In this document: positions 9,841 to 19,979 of the stretch, one piece after another
How the letters are laid out: each line of letters starts with the position of its first letter
How positions within the stretch are numbered: position 1 is the stretch's first letter
DNA from: Deltaproteobacteria bacterium
GTDB lineage: Bacteria > SAR324 > XYD2-FULL-50-16
DNA length: 64,000 nucleotides
Assembly (NCBI GenBank): GCA_018645005.1
Contig: JABGPJ010000066.1
Coordinates: forward strand, 41,808-105,807
Direction of reading: 5' to 3'
Made by a program: the position numbers and the translations under genes
Notes under the pieces: generated by a model
What the model was told of the DNA's origin: nothing
Database searches by the model: none
The model's input: only the letters and a program-made list of their open reading frames with translations

Positions 9841-10209
9841 GTGACGATGGATAGTGAAAAGACGATCTTAAACAATTTTCTACCGCAACTGAAAAGTTTT
9901 GTTAAATCGGAAACGGTTTTTGGAGAACCATACAACATCGGCGAAGTGACGATGATCCCGGTTAATTCTGTGAAAGTCGGATTCGGTTTTGGTTCGGGGG
10001 ATACAAAGACAATTGACAGTTCCGCTGGTGGCGGTGGTGTTTTGCTGACACCGGTCGCATTTATTGTTGTTAAGGGCGAAGACGTTTCCATTCACAATTT
10101 AAGCGCCGGTACGATTGAAAATGTACTGGAAAAAGTTCCTGAAGCTCTGGATAAGTTTATTTCTATATTTCAAAAATTGCAGAAAAAGAATAAAAAGACG
10201 GACGAATGA
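9841..10209 (+). CDS. GerW/YtfJ-family protein (sporulation protein YtfJ-like)
   Basis: VTMIPVNSVKVGFGFGSGD...SSAGGGGVLLTPVAFIVVKGEDVSIHNL matches the remembered YtfJ/GerW core (VSKVGFGFxxGG...GGGxxxTPxAFLxV). Its stop overlaps the next start (ATGA). Confidence 0.55.
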   Translation: MTMDSEKTILNNFLPQLKSFVKSETVFGEPYNIGEVTMIPVNSVKVGFGFGSGDTKTIDSSAGGGGVLLTPVAFIVVKGEDVSIHNLSAGTIENVLEKVPEALDKFISIFQKLQKKNKKTDE

Positions 10210-10817
10210 TTTTTTTATACGGTTTTCTCTTGGCAATCGGGGTTCTGCTGATTGTTATTCTGAGCATCCCTGTTAAAGTTCGTTTGGAATCGAATCTCGT
10301 ATTTCTGGTTCAGTGGGTTTTTCTGACTGTCAGGATTATCGTTGAGCAAAATAACGTCCGAACAGAACTGCAACTATTCAACAAAACAATAGAGAGCCGG
10401 AAAAAAGCCAAACAGAAACCGGTCACTAAACAAAAAAAGGCCAAAAAGAAAAAACCGAAAAAAAAGGTTCCATTCTCATTTTTAAAAGATACCCTGCAGG
10501 ATGCTGCTATTAAAAAAGTTATATACCAGTCTCTTCATTTAGTCCTGCGCTGTCTTTTCGCAATTAAGATCCGATTTTTGAAATGGAATATCGGTTTAGC
10601 AGACTACTACTGGCAGGGAATTATCTATGGTGTTGTCAGCGGATTACCCAATACCAAACGATGGCAAATCCACGGAAATTTTGATGAGGTCAACGATTTT
10701 CTACTGATTATACAAATATCGATCTGGCGAGTTCTATCTGCAATCGCCATTTTTCTATTCTTCTTTCCTTATTTCAGGACATTACGAATTTACATGCGGT
10801 TCCGAGCGGCAACTTGA
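10206..10817 (+). CDS. Small membrane protein with a lysine-rich linker (possibly DUF2953/YtfI-like)
   Basis: N-terminal transmembrane helix (FLYGFLLAIGVLLIVILSI), a KKAKQKPVTKQKKAKKKKPKKK stretch and a hydrophobic C-terminus. In Bacillus, ytfJ is paired with ytfI (DUF2953). The assignment is tentative. Confidence 0.4.
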   Translation: MIFLYGFLLAIGVLLIVILSIPVKVRLESNLVFLVQWVFLTVRIIVEQNNVRTELQLFNKTIESRKKAKQKPVTKQKKAKKKKPKKKVPFSFLKDTLQDAAIKKVIYQSLHLVLRCLFAIKIRFLKWNIGLADYYWQGIIYGVVSGLPNTKRWQIHGNFDEVNDFLLIIQISIWRVLSAIAIFLFFFPYFRTLRIYMRFRAAT

Positions 10818-13800
10818 ATCGGGAAACAGTGAAAAATCCGAAAAGAATCAGCTTTAAAAGCAAAGGACTTGAACTGATACAGGTCTGCGGGCCTTACGCA
10901 GAACTCTATTTCGACTGGAAGCAGATACCGCCTCTTGACCTGAGCAAAAGTTATTACCTGGTCGAAATCTCACCTGACTCGTTGATTCTGCCCCTTGAAT
11001 ATGCCAGACCCAACTCGGACGGGCCGCTTCATTTCTGCCTGAAAACGGGGGTCGAATATCAGCTGAGGCTCCTTGCGGTCCCACTCCCCGCATTTTCGAT
11101 TGAATCTGATCTCGATCCACCTCCTCAATTGGAATTCATTCCCCAACATGAAAATTTGCATAAACTGATCTGGGGAAATGTCGATGTGGAGGCACTAAGT
11201 CAGTCTTGCAACAGCCATCATGTTGAAATTTACCAGGAGGGAATCTTATCCCAGCAATGGGCTCTACAACCGCTTATCTCTTGTGAACTGGTTGGAAGAC
11301 CGGCGGTCATTGAAATTCGCTGCGGCTCTGGTGAGCGGTTGTTACTGATTAACACCAATCTGCAGCAAATGACCTGTGCCGGATCCCTTCCCTTTACCCT
11401 CAAGAAGCAACCGGTTCGACTGAGTCTTTCAACTGCTATCCATCCGGTTCCGGGTTGGCGTGTCAGGGTGGATTTGCCTGGGTCTTTTCAGATGCGGAAA
11501 ATATGGCAGGAATCATTTCTAACTGAGTTTAGCACGTCAGACCCGGCTCATATTATTGGCTGCTTCAGATTTTATGAAAACGGAAAACAGGTTCTCGACA
11601 TCAGGCAGTGGGGATTTTCGACACATATTCAAAACCATCTGATTGACCAGATCCAATTACAGGAGTGGAAGCTCAAAAAGAAAAAGCGGGTTCATCATCT
11701 GAAACTTCAACTTCAGGTCACTTCGGCCCATCGAGAGCTCTATAAATTTGTCCTGCTCGAAAAACAGCTTGCAGGAAATATAAATGTCGAAACGGTTGGG
11801 TTCTCCGAAGATGAGATTGAATCTGCTGAACAGAATTTGTTTAAAAACCAGCGGCATGTCGTCTGGGAGCAAGCCTTTTTTGAGCTGGTACTTTGGTTCA
11901 AGGTGGATGGTCATGACTGGCAGGAATTTCAAAGGGATATCGCCCATTCTCTCCGCTGGGACTATGTCCCCTCAGAATCAGCAACTGAATGCTTTTGCGA
12001 GTGGGTACTCTTCGATCTGAACCAGCCGGATCGATTGGTGACGGTGCTATCTTCAGGTCTGGAGAAACGAATACAATGGCCTGACCGGGTCTATCTGAGA
12101 CCGTTCAATACAGAACGACTGTTTGCCTGTTGGGACCTGGAAAAACGCAACATTGAAAACAGGATCCGGTCAGACTGGGGCGTCGTTCTTTCCCAAGTTG
12201 GATTTTACCTTAAAGTGCATGAGGAGCATCTTGGTACGAGAATCCGGCGTGCAGACCTGGATTGTCACTTGATTGATGTTTTCTCTGCTCAAAAAAATCT
12301 CTATTTCGATGTTGAACCCAATAAGTGTTTTTCGGTTGAGATCGTCGCGCGTTTTGAACAGCAAGAGATTTCACTGACACCGGTATCCACATCTGTCGTT
12401 ACCCCCAGAAAACCGGATCAGTCATCTCTCAGCTACCCCCACTACAGCAAATCAGAAAGCCAGGGGTATCATTGCACCCAGCGGCAAGTCCGTCATCTGC
12501 AGGGAACAGATGCTCAAAACAGAGCCAACGTTATGCTGCACCTGCATATGCACTCCCCAAACCTCTATCGGGCTGATCCTTTTCGGGAGAGCTTTCTGAG
12601 AGACGGCACCTGGCCGATTGTCACCAACGAAGGGGCTGAAGTTCATAATCCGCCAGGGGAATGGGTTTTGAGGAACTGTCTAGATTCTTGGCTACCGATT
12701 CTGAGAGTTTTGCGTAGTCTGGCTGCGGAATCGGTCGATTATCAGCTCAGTCTCGATATATCACCTCCCGTGGCCTATATGATAAGTAGTCCCTGGTTCA
12801 AGGACTACATGTCCCGTTATTTATTGCGGATGAAAGCATATGTGAGCGGACAGATTGCCTTGATGAAATTCCGCAACGATTCACCTGATTTTATTTATGC
12901 AGCGGAGCGCTGTCTGATCGATTTGGATGCGATTGAATCTTTTTACATTTCTGATCTGGATAAAAACATCATCGGTGCTTTCCGTGAACTTGAACTGCAA
13001 GGGTTCGTTGAAATATCAACCTGTACAGCAACGCATGGAATGCCTGCCGAGCTGGAGAGTCTTCCGGATGCACTTGACAGTCAGATTACACTGGCTGCCA
13101 GAAGCCATCATCGAATTTTTGGAGATCGGCCCAAAGGGATCTGGCTTGCTGAAAACTCTTTTTTCCCTGGCGTTGAACAGTTGCTTTCCAGAGAAGCGTT
13201 GGGATTTTTCTTTGTTGAAGCAGAAGCTATTTTATGTGGGTCGCACAAACTCTCCGAAGAGGAGTTCAGTCCGGTTATCCTCCCTCTGAATCAGGTAGTC
13301 GCATTTGGCCGCAGCCGTTTGGGCAGAGCCCAGGTCTGGGATGCTGACATTGGCTATGCCGGTCATCCGGATTTTCGAGAATATCATTTTCGGCACTTAG
13401 GGTTGCCGGTCAAGCGGATCACTTCGAAAACAACGGATGACAAACAGCCGTATCACCCGGACCAGGCAGAAAAGACGGCTCGGAAGCTGGCACAGGATTT
13501 TCATCACAAACTGAGTGAGAAAGCCTTCGAATTAAGCAGCCGCAGCTTTAAATCGATTCCCCTGATCAGCTGTACCTATGACGCCGAGCTATTCGGTCAT
13601 CATTGGTGGGAAGGACCTGTTTTTCTGGAAGAGCTTTTAAGAGAGTTTTATCGCAAAGCGGGTGCAATCGGATTGACGACACCATCGCATTATCTCGCAG
13701 GGAATCCCACTCTACCCGAGGTGGTGCCAAATCCATCCACCTGGGGGCATGAAGCGGTGCATGTAAAGTGGACGGATCCGAAAGTTGCCTGGACGTTCAG

Positions 13801-14131
13801 AGAATTAGAAAGAGCGGATCAGATTTTGAAAACCTATTTAGCACTGGGTCAGGAAAACAGGCTGACAGATTTTCAAATACGGATTGTTGAGCAGATGGAG
13901 GCGGAATTCATCCGTGCGCAAAGCTCGGATTTGACTTTTGTCATCATGGCCGGAGATTTTGAGGAGGATATGCAGAGAGAAATTTTGAAGTACCTGGACT
14001 ACTTTTATCGTCTCAAATCCCTGATTGACAATAATGTTGAGGACGAACAATTTCTGTTGTTCCGGCAGTACGAAAATAATATGTTTCCTGAAATTGCCGG
14101 ATGCTATGCCATCCGTCTGCAACCCACTTAA
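10814..14131 (+). CDS. 1105-aa fusion protein: uncharacterised N-terminal region of about 560 aa plus a C-terminal GH57 alpha-glucan-active domain
   Basis: The C-terminal half carries GH57 hallmarks: HLHMHSPNLY (like LHAHLPY), GIWLAENSFFPG (nucleophile Glu region) and CTYDAELFGHHWWEG (acid/base Asp region). The TTG start overlaps the upstream stop (TTGA). No recognisable family for residues 1-560. Confidence 0.65.
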   Translation: MNRETVKNPKRISFKSKGLELIQVCGPYAELYFDWKQIPPLDLSKSYYLVEISPDSLILPLEYARPNSDGPLHFCLKTGVEYQLRLLAVPLPAFSIESDLDPPPQLEFIPQHENLHKLIWGNVDVEALSQSCNSHHVEIYQEGILSQQWALQPLISCELVGRPAVIEIRCGSGERLLLINTNLQQMTCAGSLPFTLKKQPVRLSLSTAIHPVPGWRVRVDLPGSFQMRKIWQESFLTEFSTSDPAHIIGCFRFYENGKQVLDIRQWGFSTHIQNHLIDQIQLQEWKLKKKKRVHHLKLQLQVTSAHRELYKFVLLEKQLAGNINVETVGFSEDEIESAEQNLFKNQRHVVWEQAFFELVLWFKVDGHDWQEFQRDIAHSLRWDYVPSESATECFCEWVLFDLNQPDRLVTVLSSGLEKRIQWPDRVYLRPFNTERLFACWDLEKRNIENRIRSDWGVVLSQVGFYLKVHEEHLGTRIRRADLDCHLIDVFSAQKNLYFDVEPNKCFSVEIVARFEQQEISLTPVSTSVVTPRKPDQSSLSYPHYSKSESQGYHCTQRQVRHLQGTDAQNRANVMLHLHMHSPNLYRADPFRESFLRDGTWPIVTNEGAEVHNPPGEWVLRNCLDSWLPILRVLRSLAAESVDYQLSLDISPPVAYMISSPWFKDYMSRYLLRMKAYVSGQIALMKFRNDSPDFIYAAERCLIDLDAIESFYISDLDKNIIGAFRELELQGFVEISTCTATHGMPAELESLPDALDSQITLAARSHHRIFGDRPKGIWLAENSFFPGVEQLLSREALGFFFVEAEAILCGSHKLSEEEFSPVILPLNQVVAFGRSRLGRAQVWDADIGYAGHPDFREYHFRHLGLPVKRITSKTTDDKQPYHPDQAEKTARKLAQDFHHKLSEKAFELSSRSFKSIPLISCTYDAELFGHHWWEGPVFLEELLREFYRKAGAIGLTTPSHYLAGNPTLPEVVPNPSTWGHEAVHVKWTDPKVAWTFRELERADQILKTYLALGQENRLTDFQIRIVEQMEAEFIRAQSSDLTFVIMAGDFEEDMQREILKYLDYFYRLKSLIDNNVEDEQFLLFRQYENNMFPEIAGCYAIRLQPT

Positions 14132-14157
14132 TCCACCTGACATAATCCAGATTTATT

Positions 14158-14210
14158 CAGCAATGTCCGGTTTGGTTTTTGTTTTGCAAAAACCTAACCG
14201 GTCATTGCTG
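14158..14210. mobile_element. MITE-like element, minimal 53-bp form (terminal inverted repeats only), with 9-bp target-site duplication
   Basis: CAGCAATGTCCGGTTTGGTTTTTG-TTT-GCAAAAACCTAACCGGTCATTGCTG, the same termini as the 9536-9773 element. Flanked by direct repeats AGATTTATT at 14149-14157 and 14211-14219. Begins 27 bp after the stop of the GH57 fusion gene. Confidence 0.7.
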
Positions 14211-14289
14211 AGATTTATTCAAAGATAGACCTTAAAAGGAGGCTACAACATCAGTAGTCTTTTACGTACTCAAATAGACAAGGAGTTTC

Positions 14290-14844
14290 ATGATGACAGA
14301 AGAGATCACTAAAATCGGTATCGTGACTGTGAGCGATAGGGCTTTTCGCGGTGAGTATGAAGATAAAGGCGGACCCGCCATCCGGGACTGGCTGCAAAGC
14401 GCCTTGAAAAGTGAGTGGGAAGGGATCGGAAAAATTGTTCCGGACGAACAGGATAGTATCGAAACGGCACTGCGGAGCCTGGTTGACCAGGAAAAATGTC
14501 ATCTGATTCTAACGACCGGTGGGACCGGTCCGGCAAAAAGGGATGTGACGCCAGATGCGACTCTTTGCATTGCGGATAAGGTGATGGATGGATTTGGAGA
14601 ACGAATGCGTTCTATCAGTTTGAAATATGTTCCCACGGCCATTCTCTCCCGGCAGGTGGGTGTTATTCGCAAGCAGTCTCTGATTGTAAATCTACCTGGT
14701 CAACCCAAAGCCATTAAGGAGACTCTGGATGAACTTTTCGAAGCGATTCCTTACTGCATTGAGTTGTTAGAGGGGCCTGTGCTGGAAACAAACGAAGAAA
14801 TCGTCACGGCTTTCAGACCCAAATCTGCAAAAAACAAAAAGTAA
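14290..14844 (+). CDS. mogA: Molybdenum cofactor biosynthesis protein MogA/MoaB family
   Basis: IGIVTVSDRAFRGEYEDKGGPAI...LILTTGGTGPAKRDVTPDAT is a MoCF_biosynth domain signature. Length 184 aa. Confidence 0.8.
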   Translation: MMTEEITKIGIVTVSDRAFRGEYEDKGGPAIRDWLQSALKSEWEGIGKIVPDEQDSIETALRSLVDQEKCHLILTTGGTGPAKRDVTPDATLCIADKVMDGFGERMRSISLKYVPTAILSRQVGVIRKQSLIVNLPGQPKAIKETLDELFEAIPYCIELLEGPVLETNEEIVTAFRPKSAKNKK

Positions 14845-15160
14845 GATCTACCCTTCTTCTGAAGAAATATTCATATTTATCTGAAATCATATCATATTGA
14901 TTTCGGGATGAAAGCCCTTATTAAATGATAAGGATCAAACTTTATATGATTAGAATATACAAAATGAACCTTGCCGTTATAAAATTAAAGGATATTTTGT
15001 AAATGGAGAAGATCTGTTTTGATGGGGTTCCCGCAAAGCGATAATGACTTGGTATAAATGGGAGTTGGGTTATTGAAATTAATGATGACCCATTTCCAAT
15101 GACAAGTCGAGATACCTTTTCTGTTATTTTGTACGATTAACCACAAGACAAAGAAAAATT

Positions 15161-16240
15161 ATGGATTCTATTGAACAGAAAATAAGGGAAACACTGCAAC
15201 AGATCCCTTTCAGTAACAACGGCGGGAATATTTTGGACAGCGGCGTTGTCTATTCGCTAGAACTTAAAGGTGAAACCGCCAATGTTGTGCTTGTCATCGG
15301 TGAAGAAAATCAGTCAATCAAGGACGAAACAGCTGCGAAGGTAGAGCAGGGGTTGAAATCCGTTGAGGGCATCAGTGAAGTGGGAGTTAAAGTGGTGAGC
15401 TCCCAGGCAGAGATCGAGGCGCAACAACAGCCGGCTTCTGGAGAAAATCCGGCACCACCGGAGCAGGCAAACTATCTTCAGGAATATGCAAACGTTATTC
15501 TGGTCGCCAGTGGCAAAGGCGGAGTTGGAAAATCTACGGTGGCAATCAATCTGGCCCTGGCCCTCAAAGCACTGGGGAAAACCGTTTCTGTGTTGGACGC
15601 CGATGTCTATGGCCCCTCCATTCCTATCATGCTTGGAAAGCGGGACGAACCATTGCAGGTGGAAGGAGAGAAGGTTAAGCCGTTGAATCAGTTTGGTATT
15701 GATTTCATGTCTGTGGGCAATATGGTCAAAGAAGATCAGGCACTAATCTGGAGAGGGCCCATGGCTCATCAGGTGATCCAGCAAATGCTCCGTGATGCAG
15801 CCTGGCCGGGGGGAGATTATATGATTGTTGATCTACCACCGGGAACAGGGGACGTTCAACTCTCTCTCTCCCAGATGGTAGCAGCCACAGGTGCCGTTGT
15901 TGTTTGTACGCCACAAGATGTAGCGCTGCTGGATGCGAGGAAAGCGATTGCCATGTTTACCAAGGTCAATATCCCTGTTCTGGGTATGATTGAAAACATG
16001 AGTGCTTTTGTCTGTCCTAAATGTGGTGCAGAGACCCCGATTTTTGCAAAAGGCGGCACCGAGCGTGAGAGCTCCGCTCAGGAAGTAGCCTATATCGGTG
16101 GTGTTCCAATTGAAATGGATATCCGACTGGGATCCGACAATGGTGACCCCATCGTACACGCCAGTCCAAATTCAGGCAGTGCAAAAATTTTCATGGAAAT
16201 GGCAGCTAAACTGGACCAGATAGTGACGGAGGCGGGTTAA
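15161..16240 (+). CDS. apbC: Mrp/NBP35/ApbC-family iron-sulfur cluster carrier ATPase
   Basis: N-terminal DUF59-like region. Deviant Walker A ILVASGKGGVGKST. CxxC motif (CPKC) in the C-terminal half. Confidence 0.85.
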   Translation: MDSIEQKIRETLQQIPFSNNGGNILDSGVVYSLELKGETANVVLVIGEENQSIKDETAAKVEQGLKSVEGISEVGVKVVSSQAEIEAQQQPASGENPAPPEQANYLQEYANVILVASGKGGVGKSTVAINLALALKALGKTVSVLDADVYGPSIPIMLGKRDEPLQVEGEKVKPLNQFGIDFMSVGNMVKEDQALIWRGPMAHQVIQQMLRDAAWPGGDYMIVDLPPGTGDVQLSLSQMVAATGAVVVCTPQDVALLDARKAIAMFTKVNIPVLGMIENMSAFVCPKCGAETPIFAKGGTERESSAQEVAYIGGVPIEMDIRLGSDNGDPIVHASPNSGSAKIFMEMAAKLDQIVTEAG

Positions 16241-16560
16241 TGGCAGGCAGCAAATTAAGCACCAGACCCAAGGAGATTACCTTTGACGGCAGAATGCACA
16301 TTATCTGGCATGATGGTGCGCACACAATTTATAACTATTGGGATCTGCGAACTGCATGTCCCTGTGCGTCCTGTGTGGATGAACTCACCGGCGAAAAAGT
16401 GTTGGATGACAACAGCGTGCCCAAAGAGATTCATCCGGTGAAGAGTGCCTATATTGGTAATTATGCGCTGGAAATTCTCTGGAGTGATGATCATAACACA
16501 GGGATCTATACATTCCAGAAATTACGTGACGAATATCCTCATTCAACCGCAGCGATTTGA
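16240..16560 (+). CDS. DUF971-family protein (gamma-butyrobetaine hydroxylase-like N-terminal domain)
   Basis: ITFDGRMHIIWHDGAHTIYNYWDLRTACPCASC is characteristic of DUF971. Its start overlaps the mrp stop (TAATG). Confidence 0.7.
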   Translation: MAGSKLSTRPKEITFDGRMHIIWHDGAHTIYNYWDLRTACPCASCVDELTGEKVLDDNSVPKEIHPVKSAYIGNYALEILWSDDHNTGIYTFQKLRDEYPHSTAAI

Positions 16561-16576
16561 TTCAGCGCCTTTTTGA

Positions 16577-17752
<1,176 letters not shown>

Positions 17753-17786
17753 CCGGGTTTGAGGGACCTGTTTTTGGAAGATATTG

Positions 17787-19079
17787 TCAGGTTTTCTCCA
17801 TTTGGTTTTCTATCGTCAGGCGTTGCTCATAACATTTTCTTGAGCCTTCGTCGTCACCCTGGTCGTATAGCAGCTTTCCCAAATGATCGAGTATATCCAA
17901 CTGTCCTGTAAAATCTTTGATCGTCTTTTTAATGGCTAGGTGATTCTGGTAGGTTTGCGTGAGTCTGGGCCAGTCTTCCAACTGATGATAGGCTGTTTCG
18001 ATCTCTGTATAGATCTCGTCCATTTTATCAAATTTATGCAATTGCCTGAATTCATTTAGCGTAGTAAACAGAAAATGAACCGCGTATTGCTGCTGATCTG
18101 CTTCGACATATCTCTTTACAATCTGCTCCAGTAATTCCAAATGCTGGGGATGCTGTTTATCCACATAGTTTGTAAAAAGCTCCTGCTGGGTTTTTGACGC
18201 TTTTTCATGCTGGTCAAGATCGAACTCACAATCTCCCTTCAACAGTGTCAGCTTCACTATCATGTCAGCGGGGACCTCCATCTCGACAGGCGAGTCGAAA
18301 AACTGACTTAATGCGGACAGGCTCTTATCATATTCCTTTTTCTGATAATAACTCTGCGCCATTGATAGCGTTATTTCAGCTGCATCTTTGGTTCCCGATT
18401 CATCTGCTTCAAAATCGCTGCTGGTGAGAGCCTCTTGAGATGTCAATGGCGGCGCCATCTTCGGACCTTCCGTCTCCCGAGTTTGTTCATTTGAATTCGA
18501 CGGCAGAGAGAGGTTAGTCAGTTTTTTTGGGGGCAGTTTGACAGGGTCCACTTTACCCGAAGAAACTTCGGGTGTCTCTTTAATATCGTCGAACATTGTC
18601 CCTATTGATGCTACCGATATTTTTTCTTTTATGTTCCTTTCAGGTTTTCCGGGGCTTTTCTTTCTGGCTGCTGGCAGCCCTGGTTTACTCTTTTGGGGTG
18701 GTGCTTTTGGTGTTTCGGTTCTCTTTTCCTGGAGTTTCGTTTTGCTTTTACTGGACAGTGAGAGAATGACATCATTCTCACCTTCAGATTTTCTCAGCCC
18801 CGATTTACTGGATTGCGTCAAGTTTTTTTGAAACCGAGAAAAGACGCTCGGATCAATGGCTTGGTCTGGGGAACCGGATTGATCCGATACAAGGGACTCC
18901 TTTTTAGCGGCGGCTGACTTCTTTCCGGTTGTCAGATTCTGAGATCTACCACCTTTTTTATGGGTCCGGGAGATGATAAACTGTAGCTGAACCATCAGCA
19001 GAAAAACCAGCCCTATGATGGCGAGCTTGGTTTCTATATCCAAATCGATATAAGAAACGGCTATACCGGATGCAGCCAC
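17787..19079 (-). CDS. Hypothetical membrane-anchored protein with a low-complexity lysine/serine/proline-rich region and a C-terminal helical (TPR-like) domain
   Basis: N-terminal transmembrane helix (LAIIGLVFLLMVQLQFII), then about 200 aa of disordered K/S/P-rich sequence, then a helical C-terminus. No family assigned. Confidence 0.45.
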   Translation of the reverse strand: MAASGIAVSYIDLDIETKLAIIGLVFLLMVQLQFIISRTHKKGGRSQNLTTGKKSAAAKKESLVSDQSGSPDQAIDPSVFSRFQKNLTQSSKSGLRKSEGENDVILSLSSKSKTKLQEKRTETPKAPPQKSKPGLPAARKKSPGKPERNIKEKISVASIGTMFDDIKETPEVSSGKVDPVKLPPKKLTNLSLPSNSNEQTRETEGPKMAPPLTSQEALTSSDFEADESGTKDAAEITLSMAQSYYQKKEYDKSLSALSQFFDSPVEMEVPADMIVKLTLLKGDCEFDLDQHEKASKTQQELFTNYVDKQHPQHLELLEQIVKRYVEADQQQYAVHFLFTTLNEFRQLHKFDKMDEIYTEIETAYHQLEDWPRLTQTYQNHLAIKKTIKDFTGQLDILDHLGKLLYDQGDDEGSRKCYEQRLTIENQMEKT

Positions 19080-19316
19080 AATCGTCAGAACTTGAATAAG
19101 TGGTTTAATGATTTTTCACTCCGTTTAAGATCGTGAATAAAACTACCCAGCTAACCAATTTTTAATGCGGTGGGGATGACGTTCAAGTTCGGGCAAATCA
19201 TTAGTTTGATAGGCTTGACTCCGGACGCGACTATCCTTTCTGTTCAAGAGACGCTTTCAGGCTGATAACAAGATCGCCACATTTGAGGACTTCGCCTTAA
19301 ATCCAGTATTTTCGGG

Positions 19317-19826
19317 CTATGTCCACCTACTATCTCGATATTTTGATTCAAGGTCAACGACTTTAAGGTTTGAATCTCTCAGGCGAATTGCCAGCATTTT
19401 CGCAAAATTTCGATAAAGCTTGTATGCAATAGCAAAATATTTTCGTGTTCCGGAAATCTGTGTCAACATTTCATCATTGATCGAAAAAAGCAGTGAGTTG
19501 CCTCTGGCTGTGGCTTTTGCCGACCTTCTGCGCTGATCCAGCAGTCCCATCTCTCCAAAACACTCTCCAGGATTCAAGACTGCCAGCTCTGTCTCTTTAT
19601 CTATACCGTCTTTCTTTCCAATTGTTTTGCTGATAACGACATTTCCATTAATTAAAATGTACATTTTGGAGCCGAATACGTTTTCTTCAAATATCGTATC
19701 ACCATCTTTATAACGTTCCGGGTTCATAAACTTTAAAAACGTATAGAGCTCTGCATCTGTAAAACCTTTAAAAAATTCGACAGATACTTGAAGTCTTTCA
19801 AAAATGCTTCTGTTTATCTTTATCAT
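19317..19826 (-). CDS. Stand-alone cyclic-nucleotide-binding domain protein with no DNA-binding domain
   Basis: cNMP-binding signature GECFGEMGLL...RSAKATA within a 169-aa protein. No helix-turn-helix. Confidence 0.7.
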   Translation of the reverse strand: MIKINRSIFERLQVSVEFFKGFTDAELYTFLKFMNPERYKDGDTIFEENVFGSKMYILINGNVVISKTIGKKDGIDKETELAVLNPGECFGEMGLLDQRRRSAKATARGNSLLFSINDEMLTQISGTRKYFAIAYKLYRNFAKMLAIRLRDSNLKVVDLESKYRDSRWT

Positions 19827-19979
19827 GTCTTTAGATTGAGTAGACCATGCTTTTCAAACAGCCTGCTCGGCAATAGTTTACCCGGAAAGTTAATAAAATG
19901 TGGTGTACGTTGCTTTCCCCGTAGCAGTCTTTATAAATTTGTAACCTGTTTCTCAAATTCAGGCAAATAATTTATGTGA

